A DNA stretch of 64,000 nt. It comes from Candidatus Woesearchaeota archaeon (GTDB lineage Archaea; Nanobdellota; Nanobdellia; Woesearchaeales; JAAOYA01). Location of the stretch: assembly GCA_018221105.1 (NCBI GenBank), contig JAAOYA010000008.1, positions 1 to 64,000 of the forward strand, written 5' to 3'. The notes under the pieces are model-generated. The model worked only from the letters and a program-made list of their open reading frames with translations, did no database searches and had not been told where the DNA came from. This document shows, piece by piece, positions 46,911 to 57,166 of the stretch (positions within the stretch are counted from its first letter, which is position 1; each line of letters starts with the position of its first letter). Made by a program: the position numbers and the translations under genes.

Positions 46911-49400
46911 TTAATTCATCTCAATTAAAGCGTCACCTACAATTTCATGAATCTTTAAAAAAGCCTCAGCAGGTGATGTATCAGGATTTAAAAGGATATC
47001 TTTGAATTTTTCAGCTACACCAGTAAATTCTTGTTCGACAATAGCAATTGCATACGCCTGACACAACATTTGTTCTTTAATATACTCTTGTTTAACTTCA
47101 GACTCATATGAATTTGCAAATCTGTATGAAGGATGGCCGTCATTTAAAACAAAAGTATATCCTGAAGCCCGATCTCCTTGATACCATGAACGCCTACCAT
47201 CTTTAGGATCATCCGCCATTAATGTTTTATTAAAAATTGACCTTCCTGGAGGATCCATACCAACATAAAATATAATATTCTTTTTCCCTAAGTGTTGTCC
47301 TTTTATCATATTAAGGGCTGGCTCATTTTGGAAAAGTCTGACACTGAAATAAATTTCACATTTACGTTCATCAGCATTAGCTGGACCTTCATTAACAGCT
47401 ATAAACTGCTCTCCAGAAATATCTAAAGCATCATATGCAAATTCAATATCCGACATTGCTTGCAACTTAAATTCTCTTTCAGTTCTAATTTCTTTTAATA
47501 TCCTTACATTACCGGATGTGCTAGGAGATTTTCTAGCAACTAAATCTACATTAATTTTAACATCTCTAGCACTTTTGTTGGATACTTTAAACATTATATT
47601 CCTTATTGATTCTGTTATTTCAACACGATTAGATTTAGCTCTTGGAAACAAAGGAGCATAAGCTGTAACTGTAAATGGACTTTCTTTATTTTTCGGTTCT
47701 TCTCGTCCCAACCAAAGCATTCTTGAAACTTGACACATCTTCTCTCCTGAGTTCTTATTATTTACTTTTGCAAAAACAATAAGTCCTTCTCCATTTCTAA
47801 AATCGCAAGTTTCTATTTCAAAGGGCTCACAATTAATTTTCTTACGTTCATTTGGTTGCAGATTAAATTCTTTCTTACACAATGTTTTTATCTTATTTTC
47901 AGGTCCTCTTTGTTCCGCAGTTAAGAAAAGTTCAACCTGTTGTAACCGGTTAGAATTATTTTTAACTTCATATACCATAGGACCAACAGAATCTCCAAAA
48001 TCTATCCTTTTTGTACCTTCATGGGGCAATTTAAATGACTCAATTGTAATCTCTACATCTTTTGATTTTGGTCCAACAAAAAACTCAGAAATCAATCCCA
48101 ATTTCCTTGCAACTTCATTAATCTCTTTCATTGCGTCCAACATGTCTTGTTGAGAACGTCTTTCATCACTTGTTGTTCTTATGCCCAAGCGTTCTTGGAA
48201 TCTTTGTAAATGTGTATTGACTACTTGTCTAATTTGATTTGGAGCACTATGTCTAAAGTTAAAACTATAGTGTGTTGTTCCCTCACTCTTTTCAATTTCT
48301 TCTTCGAGACCAGAATCTAATACCACATACCCGCATATTTTTTTAACTATTGTATGATTAGGGTATATGCTTTTCATGTATCCTATCTTCATTCGTTTTC
48401 TCTGAATCCAGAATCCCCTTAAATCATCGTCCAACAAATCAGGCGATAGAGCCAGCCTTAATTCTTTAATTTTATAAGTTACATTTTGAACAACTATAGG
48501 TACATGTTGTTGCTTATAGATTTTCCATTTAGTTCCATTCTCCTCTGCATTTACAATGCTCTTAAGTGGGTCGCTTAATTGGACTTGTTTTATCTTTCCA
48601 TCAAATTCTATAGTAATCTTTGCATTAAACTTTTGTATTATTTCCCACCAACTTTCCTCTATCATCTTAATAAATGATAAAGTATAATCATTCATAATCT
48701 CTAGTTTATCTTCTCTAAACGAATTTATAATTGAATCGACTATCTCTTCTTTCAAATCAAAAATAGTAATCCTTGTACCTGGCTTATCCAATGGGGTTAT
48801 AACCCCCTTGCCGAGTTTATTAACGAATTGTTTAGCGTCTTCATCTTGAAGAGGAATTGGATTTTGCTTTAGACTATTTCCTATTAATTTTCGCTCAAAA
48901 GCAATATATTTTAAATCATCATACCTAAGCGAATCACATAAAATTGCGGCTGATTTAGAAGCTGCTTGGAATATTAGTTTCCCCCTACCAAAACTTCCTG
49001 GTCCATAGTTGCCACCTGAATCAAATCTTGTTAAGAATCTGCTTAAGTTTTGTTCAGAAGTCAGTTTTCCTTCTGAAGACCATTTATCAATGTCTCGAAC
49101 AGATAATAGTTCGCCAGTTAAACCTTTTGTCCCTTCGTCGGTAAAAGAAAGAGTAAATTTCCCGTCTATCTTAAAAAGTTTGAATCTGAAACACCAATTC
49201 TTATAGGAGTTTGGTTCGCTTCCATGTAATCTAGCTCCAACCCCATTTTGAATTGCATCTTTTTGTATTCCATGGGATATACCTTTTGCTGGTTCACTCT
49301 CATATTCCCTAGCAATCTGTTCAATCTGCTGCAAATCATTTTGAGGGGTGTTTACATATTCTTCATTCTGATCTGGTATGCTTGTTTCTTCATCTTCCAT
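46911..49400 (-). CDS. GHKL (HSP90/MORC-like) ATPase-domain protein
   Basis: KDAIQN, TDEGTKGLTG, GSFGRGK, PGTRITI. AGGTGG ribosome-binding site. Confidence 0.75.
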   Translation of the reverse strand: MEDEETSIPDQNEEYVNTPQNDLQQIEQIAREYESEPAKGISHGIQKDAIQNGVGARLHGSEPNSYKNWCFRFKLFKIDGKFTLSFTDEGTKGLTGELLSVRDIDKWSSEGKLTSEQNLSRFLTRFDSGGNYGPGSFGRGKLIFQAASKSAAILCDSLRYDDLKYIAFERKLIGNSLKQNPIPLQDEDAKQFVNKLGKGVITPLDKPGTRITIFDLKEEIVDSIINSFREDKLEIMNDYTLSFIKMIEESWWEIIQKFNAKITIEFDGKIKQVQLSDPLKSIVNAEENGTKWKIYKQQHVPIVVQNVTYKIKELRLALSPDLLDDDLRGFWIQRKRMKIGYMKSIYPNHTIVKKICGYVVLDSGLEEEIEKSEGTTHYSFNFRHSAPNQIRQVVNTHLQRFQERLGIRTTSDERRSQQDMLDAMKEINEVARKLGLISEFFVGPKSKDVEITIESFKLPHEGTKRIDFGDSVGPMVYEVKNNSNRLQQVELFLTAEQRGPENKIKTLCKKEFNLQPNERKKINCEPFEIETCDFRNGEGLIVFAKVNNKNSGEKMCQVSRMLWLGREEPKNKESPFTVTAYAPLFPRAKSNRVEITESIRNIMFKVSNKSARDVKINVDLVARKSPSTSGNVRILKEIRTEREFKLQAMSDIEFAYDALDISGEQFIAVNEGPANADERKCEIYFSVRLFQNEPALNMIKGQHLGKKNIIFYVGMDPPGRSIFNKTLMADDPKDGRRSWYQGDRASGYTFVLNDGHPSYRFANSYESEVKQEYIKEQMLCQAYAIAIVEQEFTGVAEKFKDILLNPDTSPAEAFLKIHEIVGDALIEMN

Positions 49401-49408
49401 TTTACCAC

Positions 49409-50377
49409 CTACAGTTCTCCAATAATTGTATAATCATTCCTTTTATCTTTAACAATACCTAATTCTCTCAATAAGGAAATCTTTGCAGATGCAAAGCTCC
49501 TCGCATAATTGTAAAGTTGTTTCTTGAATTTTTTTTCATCATTTCTTGCTCTTTCGCTTCTTGATAAAATGTGTTGCTTAAACTTTTCATTGTTCTCAAA
49601 CCAACTCCATAAATCTTTGTTACCATTATTGCCTGATTTAAGAAAATTATAAACTTCTTCCAAGACAGAATATTCTTTATACCCTTTTTTGTCTAGTTTC
49701 TTATAATAATCAACAAACCAATCCTTTTCTTCTGGAGTTAATATCTGTTCTGTTTTGCCCTCATCAAATACATTATTTTTTAATTGTGCAAACTCCAGTC
49801 CTTCTTTTGTTAATGAGACTTTGATTTTATTCCATTTTTCTTTCCACACATCATCAATAGCTTTTTCGATTGGCTCAGCAGTGACCAACCCCATGTTCGC
49901 AAATGTCCTTAGAAAATGATGTACTAATCTGCTACCTTCCTTATCCTTTTTAAGATTAGGAAATCCTTTAAGGTGAGATAAATTATGTTTGCTGATTAAA
50001 TTAATTGAATCACTCATTAAATTGCTCAATACTATAGTATCAGAACTCTCTTTATGCAATTTCCAAGCTAAAACTCTGCTTAAAAATTTGGGAGCAAAGA
50101 AATCATTGAACATCAACCAAGCTCCCCATGTTTTAGTTTCATCATCTGCTATTACTAAGCCAGATTTTAATTTTATTGGTGGTGGAATCTGTAAATATTC
50201 TATTGTCTTATGTTCTTGAACTTTAGCAGATACTATTTTAATCTCATCAGAAATAATTTTCTGGCTTTTTTTGCCAAACCCACACAGCGGACATCCATCT
50301 TTATTTTGATTCAAATCAAATTCTGTGTTGCATTTTCCGCATTTTATCCTGTTGTCCTGGTTTGAAAATAATTCCAC
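49409..50377 (-). CDS. Hypothetical protein with N-terminal zinc ribbon
   Basis: CGKC...CPLCG, C-terminal LRELGIV (winged-helix-like). GTG start with AGGTGG. Confidence 0.75.
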   Translation of the reverse strand: MELFSNQDNRIKCGKCNTEFDLNQNKDGCPLCGFGKKSQKIISDEIKIVSAKVQEHKTIEYLQIPPPIKLKSGLVIADDETKTWGAWLMFNDFFAPKFLSRVLAWKLHKESSDTIVLSNLMSDSINLISKHNLSHLKGFPNLKKDKEGSRLVHHFLRTFANMGLVTAEPIEKAIDDVWKEKWNKIKVSLTKEGLEFAQLKNNVFDEGKTEQILTPEEKDWFVDYYKKLDKKGYKEYSVLEEVYNFLKSGNNGNKDLWSWFENNEKFKQHILSRSERARNDEKKFKKQLYNYARSFASAKISLLRELGIVKDKRNDYTIIGEL

Positions 50378-50630
50378 TTTTAACCACCTACAACTCAGTA
50401 GAACATAACATATATATAAAAGTTTCGTTAAATAGTCTTATATAGTCACTATTTGATAATTTACAACTAATAAATACGTTAAATAGTTTATAAAGTTTAT
50501 GTTATTGTTTTTTATACCATTGTATAGTTTTTTTTTAAGCCTTCTTCAAAACTAGTAGTTGGGTTAAAGCCCAAAACTTTTTTTCTTTTTTTACCGTTTC
50601 TTTTTTATATAACTTTGTTTTGTGTGTTTT

Positions 50631-51389
50631 ATGCGTTGGTTGGATGATGTTTTGCAAATTGAATGTGGTACTAAGGACTTTCTTCACGAGAATCGACATT
50701 ATAGAAAGGATGATTCTGGAGTTGTTGTTCCAACGAGGGATTGGCCTGACAGGATTTGGGCAGTAGCAAGTAATTCTTTTGATTACGCTCAAGCACAACG
50801 GGAAGCAAAGCTTCTAAGAAAATCAATACTTGATGAGAGCATTCCATATAATGTTAGATTAGAATTTAATGGTAATTCTAGATTTCAGGGTGGCAGGGTG
50901 ATGGACGCTTACCTTTTAGGAAAAATCAAGTACTTCGAAGCAAAAGATGAATTATTAGAAGCTGCAACTCACGATTTAAACGAAGAAATGAGAGCAATAT
51001 CTATTGAAGCTTTAGGATTAATGAAAGAAAGAGTGTCCCAGCAAGCTTTAGGAATTGCCACAATTTTAATCGATGATAAAAGTTCTTGGGTTAAAAAAAT
51101 AGCAGCGAAAACTTTGGGAGAATTAAATAATCCTGTTGCAATACCTTATCTTAGGGATTCAATTGATGAAATACTGCCAATAATCAAGGATTTAGAAAAA
51201 CAATGCTTAACTGAAGAGCCAAAATGGGAAGAGTGTAGGCAAGCTTCAATGATTTTAGAAAACGCCATTGTTTCATTATACAAATTAGATCCTTTAATTG
51301 GCAGGGAAGCTTTAGCGCAAGCAATGAATTCTTCAAGCGCTCACGCAATACACCACGCGAAAAGAGCTTCTTTTTTGTTGAAGAATTAA
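50631..51389 (+). CDS. HEAT-repeat protein
   Basis: MRAISIEALG, VKKIAAKTLGELNNPVAIPYL. Confidence 0.7.
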   Translation: MRWLDDVLQIECGTKDFLHENRHYRKDDSGVVVPTRDWPDRIWAVASNSFDYAQAQREAKLLRKSILDESIPYNVRLEFNGNSRFQGGRVMDAYLLGKIKYFEAKDELLEAATHDLNEEMRAISIEALGLMKERVSQQALGIATILIDDKSSWVKKIAAKTLGELNNPVAIPYLRDSIDEILPIIKDLEKQCLTEEPKWEECRQASMILENAIVSLYKLDPLIGREALAQAMNSSSAHAIHHAKRASFLLKN

Positions 51390-51392
51390 TTT

Positions 51393-51899
51393 TTAGTCTT
51401 TTAGGTCGTCAAAGCCTATCATTTTGAGAAAATCTTCATGACTCATTTTAGGCTCTTTAGGTTTTGGTTGTGGCTCTTCTAATAACCCGTAAGATTTCAA
51501 AACATCCTCGCTAACCCTGCATCCCGCACTGCACTTATCGTCTCCTGTAATTCTATAATCACAAAATAATATGTATGGTTCTCCATCATCAGGTTCTGGC
51601 AAATCAGTCCATTTAATTCCAATATAGCACGTTTGAGAATTCTCAGTTGTTTGTAAAGGATACAACTCCCAATCTTGCATGTCTTTTATTGAACGATGTA
51701 ATTCGTATTGAATGTTTCGCTCGAAAAGTCCTAATCTAGAATAACTGCCTGCTTCTTTGTTAAAGCGCACCATTCCTTTATCGTCAAGTGTCAAACAAGC
51801 GCTTAAATCGTCTATTGAATCAACAATTGCGCTAACACCATCTCGAAACCTTCTAGGATCTATTTCAACACATTTGTTGACAAGATCGTCTAATTTCAT
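51393..51899 (-). CDS. Hypothetical protein
   Basis: ORF with GGTGG before ATG at 51899. Alternative start at 51959. Confidence 0.6.
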   Translation of the reverse strand: MKLDDLVNKCVEIDPRRFRDGVSAIVDSIDDLSACLTLDDKGMVRFNKEAGSYSRLGLFERNIQYELHRSIKDMQDWELYPLQTTENSQTCYIGIKWTDLPEPDDGEPYILFCDYRITGDDKCSAGCRVSEDVLKSYGLLEEPQPKPKEPKMSHEDFLKMIGFDDLKD

Positions 51900-51960
51900 C
51901 TTGCCACCATTCAACAATACTTGTTGTATTGGAACAAAAGTTCTAGACCACTGACCCATT

Positions 51961-52278
51961 TTATTCTTCTCTTGCCATATAATTTCTTAGAATTCCTAAC
52001 AGGGAACTTTTAAAATTATCTAAATATCTTTCATTTCCTTCTAAGTCATTAAACAATTCGCTTAATTGACTTGCAAGATCGTCACGTGCGTCTTGTGCAT
52101 CTTTTCCAACGCCTAAAATGAAATGTTCCAGTTGTTTAGATGTAGCAATATAGCCAAACCCTTCACCCTCGTATACAACACTAACATCTAAAGGTTTTAA
52201 TGTCGTGTAAGGTCCTGGAAAACTTGTTATTGTCATATCTTTTGGCGTTCGCATTTTATTGTTTTCCCCTATCTTCAT
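51961..52278 (-). CDS. Hypothetical protein
   Basis: Operonic ORF with a weak HicB-like pattern (GYIAT...GVGKDAQDA). Confidence 0.55.
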   Translation of the reverse strand: MKIGENNKMRTPKDMTITSFPGPYTTLKPLDVSVVYEGEGFGYIATSKQLEHFILGVGKDAQDARDDLASQLSELFNDLEGNERYLDNFKSSLLGILRNYMAREE

Positions 52279-52543
52279 AAGTGAATGGAGTTCTTGTCTT
52301 TAATGCTTTTTCAATCTCTTCTGCTGTCGTACCACTTATAGTAAGCGTTGTTTCATGGAGAAAATAAACAGCGTCAATCCTACCATCAAGTAAACCGTAA
52401 GGTCTTGAGGTATGGCTTTGAAAAGTGCAAAATACACCAAACTTTAGTTCTGGATCAAGCTCTTGAAGAGCTTTTTCTAATTGTGCCGGTTCTACTTGCC
52501 AACCTTCTTTGTCAACAACTTTAAGTCCTATAACGTCAATCAT
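52256..52543 (-). CDS. Hypothetical protein
   Basis: ORF behind a TATA-like sequence. Confidence 0.55.
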   Translation of the reverse strand: MIDVIGLKVVDKEGWQVEPAQLEKALQELDPELKFGVFCTFQSHTSRPYGLLDGRIDAVYFLHETTLTISGTTAEEIEKALKTRTPFTYEDRGKQ

Positions 52544-52611
52544 TCAAAACTCAAAATTAAACTTATTTAAAAAAATATTGTTGTCACCAAAAATTTACGA
52601 AAAAACTAGTG

Positions 52612-53064
52612 TTATTGAGTCTCTTGTGTTTTTTGAGAATTTTCTTTTTCGACTCTCATTGTTACGTAGCCCATTGTTAGTGTTCCAACGCTTGTTTCTT
52701 CTATTATTGGAATATTAATGCTTTCATTAATCGCTCTTTCTAAATTATCACTGGCTTGTTGTGCTAGCACGTCAAAATCTTCATCTGATGCTCTACCCGG
52801 AAGAGTTGGTACTTCAGCGCCAAGGTAAGCAAAATATCCCATTGCGTCAGGCATTAACCTAAAAGACTCAGGCATATTCTCAAAAGGATGTGGAAATAAA
52901 TAAAACTCAGTGCCTCCTGGTGACATCCCGACAAGAGCGTCGGCTCCTGGAGCTCCAGCGCATAAAAAGTTAAAGTTTTCCGGTGATAGAACAAGTTCGT
53001 AATGTGGTTTGTGATCAACAAAAGTTCTGTTGACCTTCATGACTGGGTGCATTGTTGTCATCAA
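52612..53064 (-). CDS. Hypothetical protein
   Basis: ORF only. Confidence 0.55.
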   Translation of the reverse strand: MMTTMHPVMKVNRTFVDHKPHYELVLSPENFNFLCAGAPGADALVGMSPGGTEFYLFPHPFENMPESFRLMPDAMGYFAYLGAEVPTLPGRASDEDFDVLAQQASDNLERAINESINIPIIEETSVGTLTMGYVTMRVEKENSQKTQETQ

Positions 53065-53130
53065 CTATGAAAAAAAAACTTATTAATAAATATTCCTAAG
53101 TTTTTTATATAAGTTATTTTAAAGAGTTTT

Positions 53131-53448
53131 ATGGAGTTTGATGGTGATTTAACACTTTTAGAAATATTAGACCGGGGAATATCTATTGGTACAGCAGTGA
53201 CACTTTCTTACACACAATTAATGCTTAAAAAACGAGCTGTTTTTGATGGTCTAAGAACTAAAGAAGAACGTTTAATGGCCTGCCAGGAATTTGATCAAAT
53301 GTACTTTCAATTTGATAAATTAATAGAATCTTACGACGTTGACTCAAATTACCTTCAAAGTACTGGCTTGGCAGAAGTGTTAAGAAAAGCTGAACAATTA
53401 AAAAGTGATGTGCAACTCGAAGAAAAAGCGTTAGGCCCTCCATTCTAG
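53131..53448 (+). CDS. Hypothetical protein
   Basis: ORF with TTTATATAA upstream. Confidence 0.6.
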   Translation: MEFDGDLTLLEILDRGISIGTAVTLSYTQLMLKKRAVFDGLRTKEERLMACQEFDQMYFQFDKLIESYDVDSNYLQSTGLAEVLRKAEQLKSDVQLEEKALGPPF

Positions 53449-53547
53449 TCTTTTAAGCTTATTACTTGAAAGCCTACGGCATTTTGAGTTCTTAACGAAA
53501 TTCATCTGTCGACATATTTATATTATAAGAAATCAGCTTATTAGATT

Positions 53548-53973
53548 ATGGAACATCTTGCTATAATGAAAAAGTCATTAGATTATCTTGAAAAAATAAA
53601 ATCTGGAGAAAAAGTAATTGAATCAAGATGGTATAGTTCAAGAATATCTCCTTGGAATAAAATAAGAAAAGGAGATTTTGTATATTTCAAAAATTCAGGA
53701 TGTGCAGTAACTCTCAAATCAAAAGTAAAAAAAGTTATCCAGTATGATGATTTGACTCCAAATAAAATTAAAGTTGTTCTTTCAGAATTTGGTAAGGACA
53801 TTGGAATAAAAGATTTGAAAACTTTTTTTGAAGAAGTTAAATCTAAGCGTTACTGCATTTTGATATTTTTAGAAAACATTAAAGAAATATCTCCTTTTTT
53901 TATAGATAAGATCGGATTTGGTATTATGTCTGCGTGGATTTCTATCGAAAATATTAATCAAATAAAAAGGTAA
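53548..53973 (+). CDS. ASCH/PUA-like domain protein
   Basis: YLEKIKSGEKVIESR...KGDFVYFK. Confidence 0.8.
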   Translation: MEHLAIMKKSLDYLEKIKSGEKVIESRWYSSRISPWNKIRKGDFVYFKNSGCAVTLKSKVKKVIQYDDLTPNKIKVVLSEFGKDIGIKDLKTFFEEVKSKRYCILIFLENIKEISPFFIDKIGFGIMSAWISIENINQIKR

Positions 53974-54017
53974 ATTCCTAAACTCAAAAGCTTGTGGCCA
54001 AGTCTTTTTTTCGATTC

Positions 54018-54542
54018 TCATTTTATCGCCCAATATTTTTCACTGTTTTGTGCTTTTTGATAAGCTTTTTGAAAGCTTTGCTCGTCAAACAATCGACCTG
54101 CAATGCCTACAATGTAAGGTATTGCATCATCATAGCCTTGCATGCTTAACATTTCCGGGTCTACAAATATTCTGCCATCATTTAAGCAAATAGTTCTTGG
54201 ACGGTCCAAAAGAAACAATGGTTCTTCAAGGCTTGTTCCATCATAAGGACTATTTTTTCTTCTTGGTATTACTATTCCTTCACAAAATGGCAGGTAATTA
54301 ACTTTTGTTTCTAAACCATCAACTTCTTGAGTGCTTTCTAAATCATTAAAATTTTCAGTTGTCCAACAAAGATCAAAACTATAAACTCCATCAGTAATAA
54401 CAGCAGTATGTTGTGGAATATCTAAACTGGTAAGTTTGAAAAACATTTGCTTCCAAGGACTAGGATACGATCCCTCAATCACTGTATTAAAAGAAACCTT
54501 TTCTTTTTTAGTTTTTGATGGCAATATTATAAGATCTCCCAT
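54018..54542 (-). CDS. Hypothetical protein
   Basis: ORF only. Confidence 0.6.
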   Translation of the reverse strand: MGDLIILPSKTKKEKVSFNTVIEGSYPSPWKQMFFKLTSLDIPQHTAVITDGVYSFDLCWTTENFNDLESTQEVDGLETKVNYLPFCEGIVIPRRKNSPYDGTSLEEPLFLLDRPRTICLNDGRIFVDPEMLSMQGYDDAIPYIVGIAGRLFDEQSFQKAYQKAQNSEKYWAIK

Positions 54543-54572
54543 GAATATTATAATAAAAACTTATTTAAAAAA

Positions 54573-54929
54573 TTAATCGTTTCTGAAGAATTCTCGTAAC
54601 ACTTTTTTTGCTCTGGTATAAAATGATTCTGGTTGCACCGGCAAGGGTTCTGGTTTTGTGAATGTTTGATCGCTCTCAACAGTTGGCATTTGATAATGGT
54701 AAGCTGGTGGTTGTTCAAGCATTCTTAAAGGGTCAAAAACTCTGATATCATCGCCTGATATGTGAAAAAGTGATGGTATTCTAGAATTATAAAATAGTGC
54801 TGGGTTATCATGACCCTCTTCACTGGCCTCTTCTAATGCACTTAATGGGTCTTTACCATGACTCACTACAAGTCCATTAGCAAGTGCTACAAACTCATCA
54901 ATGCATTCATTAGCAATAGTTTTTACCAT
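54573..54929 (-). CDS. Hypothetical protein (DUF5678-like N-terminus)
   Basis: EFVALANGLVVSHGKDPLSALEEA. Confidence 0.55.
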   Translation of the reverse strand: MVKTIANECIDEFVALANGLVVSHGKDPLSALEEASEEGHDNPALFYNSRIPSLFHISGDDIRVFDPLRMLEQPPAYHYQMPTVESDQTFTKPEPLPVQPESFYTRAKKVLREFFRND

Positions 54930-54997
54930 ACAAAGAGTGTATTAAAGGTTTATTATAAAACTAGCCCTTTTTTATACTTTTAACATATTATTTTATT

Positions 54998-55654
54998 ATG
55001 AAAATATTATTAATTGTTGGTGTTGTTCTTTTATCTTTTGTTCTGCTAGGGTTTGCTGGTTTTGCTCCGTGCTCTCAAATCTTTGGCCAGGTAACGAGCA
55101 AAGTAATAACAACAGAGAAAACTGTTTTTTTAACATTTGATGATGGGCCAAGCCAAAACACACTAGAAGTATTAGAAATATTAAAAAAACATAATGTTAG
55201 CGCAACATTTTTTCTAATAGGACAAAACGCTTTAGAAAACCCTACAATTACAAAACAAATAGTCGCTCAAACCCACTCCATAGGTGTTCACTCTATGACA
55301 CACCCATACTTATTCAATAATAATCACGGCGAATTGTCAAACGCTAAAACAATTATAGAAAACATAACAAATCAAAAAGTAGCATTGTTCAGACCACCTT
55401 ACGGTTTTAGAACACCAACCACTATAAAAACAGCAAAAAACCTAAACATGACAGTCATCACGTGGACTATTTTCCCACGCGATTACAAAAATTCAAAAGA
55501 TGTTATAATAAAAACAGTGTTGGACAATTTAGGGCCAGGAGCAATAATAGTACTCCATGATCACACTGGCAACAGAAATAATACTTTAGAAGCACTGCCA
55601 ATAATAATAGAACAATCAAGAATTCAAGGTTACCAGTTTAAAGTGTTAAACTAA
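54998..55654 (+). CDS. Polysaccharide deacetylase (CE4/NodB), N-terminally anchored
   Basis: LTFDDGP, HSMTHP, FRPPYG, IVLHD. Confidence 0.92.
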   Translation: MKILLIVGVVLLSFVLLGFAGFAPCSQIFGQVTSKVITTEKTVFLTFDDGPSQNTLEVLEILKKHNVSATFFLIGQNALENPTITKQIVAQTHSIGVHSMTHPYLFNNNHGELSNAKTIIENITNQKVALFRPPYGFRTPTTIKTAKNLNMTVITWTIFPRDYKNSKDVIIKTVLDNLGPGAIIVLHDHTGNRNNTLEALPIIIEQSRIQGYQFKVLN

Positions 55655-55656
55655 TG

Positions 55657-55977
55657 TTATGCTGCTACTTCTCGCAATTCAATGTCAAGAATTTGCGCAA
55701 TTTGTTGAATCGTCAAACTCATTGCTTTAACAGTATCTAACATGTGTTTTGGATTAATACTTTTTTCCACATATTCTCTTAAATTTTTAGTGCCATCAAT
55801 AATATTTTTTAGTTTTTTTGCAACATCACCTTTACTGCCATGCTTGTCTAATAATTGTTTGCAAGCAACTCTTATTTGATCAGACATGTTCAGGATATCA
55901 GTGGTTTGTCCCCGGTATATCAAATCTGTTGTAGCGTGTACCATTTGGTTTAAACTGTTCATTTTAAAATACCTCAA
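55657..55977 (-). CDS. Hypothetical protein
   Basis: ORF. GAGGT site favours the internal ATG (MNSLNQ). Confidence 0.6.
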   Translation of the reverse strand: MRYFKMNSLNQMVHATTDLIYRGQTTDILNMSDQIRVACKQLLDKHGSKGDVAKKLKNIIDGTKNLREYVEKSINPKHMLDTVKAMSLTIQQIAQILDIELREVAA

Positions 55978-56049
55978 TAAGTTTTATACTATTAAACATT
56001 TATAATTTTTTGTAAAAACTTTATAAACTACAAGTTCTGTCAAACAATA

Positions 56050-56478
56050 ATGGATGACTTTGAAAAAAAGTATGGTTTTGTAGAAGACAAAAAAAGAAAA
56101 GCTTTTCATCGTGGGCGAATAATGTTTGTCATCAAAGACAATCGATTGTTTATTGCCCCAAAGGGTGTTGCATACTCTCACGCAGTGTGGTTTGAGCGCG
56201 AAGATTGGATGAAATTTAACGATGACAGTTTTATGAATGAAAACGTTCGCGGCCGTGTTGACCCACAAGGCAACATTGGATTCTATGTAGGCTACGATTT
56301 TAGCGTAACAGAAAAAGCAGAAAAAACCTTTTTTAAACATTTGAAAGAAATAGTAACAAAACTTAACGTTCAACCAACTGCCTTAGTGTATGGTGGACTA
56401 AAAAAAATTAGTGATGATAGCTTAGGACCTGCAAAAAATTATGGCACTGTAAAAGAATTATTAAAAAATGTTGACTAA
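56050..56478 (+). CDS. Hypothetical protein
   Basis: ORF overlapping the next gene start. Confidence 0.65.
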   Translation: MDDFEKKYGFVEDKKRKAFHRGRIMFVIKDNRLFIAPKGVAYSHAVWFEREDWMKFNDDSFMNENVRGRVDPQGNIGFYVGYDFSVTEKAEKTFFKHLKEIVTKLNVQPTALVYGGLKKISDDSLGPAKNYGTVKELLKNVD

Positions 56479-57163
56479 ACTAAAAAAAGATTTAGTAAAA
56501 GCTTCTAGTAAAGAAAAAGCAATAGTCCTACAACGCTTTTTCAAAACAGGACCAGGACAGTACGGTGAAGGAGACGTGTTTTTAGGTGTTGTAGTTCCAG
56601 ACCAACGCAAAATAGCACAACAATACGTTAGCCTATCATTTAATAATATTCAAGAATTGTTAAACAGCAAGTTTCACGAGCACCGCCTAACAGGATTATT
56701 AATACTGACATATCAGTATGAAAAAGCGACTGAAAAAGAACAAAAACAGATTTACGAATTTTACTTGAAAAACACTAAAGCAATAAATAATTGGGACTTA
56801 GTTGACGTCACAACCCCTAAAATTGTTGGCGCGTACTTAATAGACAAAGATAAGTCAATATTGTACAAACTTGTAAAAAGCAAAGATTTGTGGGAGCGAA
56901 GAATTAGCATTCTTGCAACTCACTGGTTCATTCGCAACAATCAATTCAATGACACAATAAAGATTAGCGAATTATTACTAACTGATTCTCATGACTTAAT
57001 ACAGAAAGCTGTTGGTTGGATGCTGCGAGAAGTCGGAAAACGAGACGAAAACACTTTAATTAAATTCTTAAACACTCATTATAAAATAATGCCAAGAACA
57101 ATGCTACGCTATTCAATAGAAAGATTAAACAAAAAACAGAAAGCTTTTTTTATGAAAAAATAA
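56468..57163 (+). CDS. DNA alkylation repair protein (AlkD-like)
   Basis: FFKTGPGQYGEGD, NNWDLVD, WERR, KAVGWMLRE. Confidence 0.9.
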   Translation: MLTKLKKDLVKASSKEKAIVLQRFFKTGPGQYGEGDVFLGVVVPDQRKIAQQYVSLSFNNIQELLNSKFHEHRLTGLLILTYQYEKATEKEQKQIYEFYLKNTKAINNWDLVDVTTPKIVGAYLIDKDKSILYKLVKSKDLWERRISILATHWFIRNNQFNDTIKISELLLTDSHDLIQKAVGWMLREVGKRDENTLIKFLNTHYKIMPRTMLRYSIERLNKKQKAFFMKK

Positions 57164-57166
57164 TGA

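Noticed and set aside
50426..50487. Direct repeat CGTTAAATAGT as an island attachment site
   Set aside because: Both copies lie in the same intergenic gap and I saw no copy at the left island edge. At most an operator.
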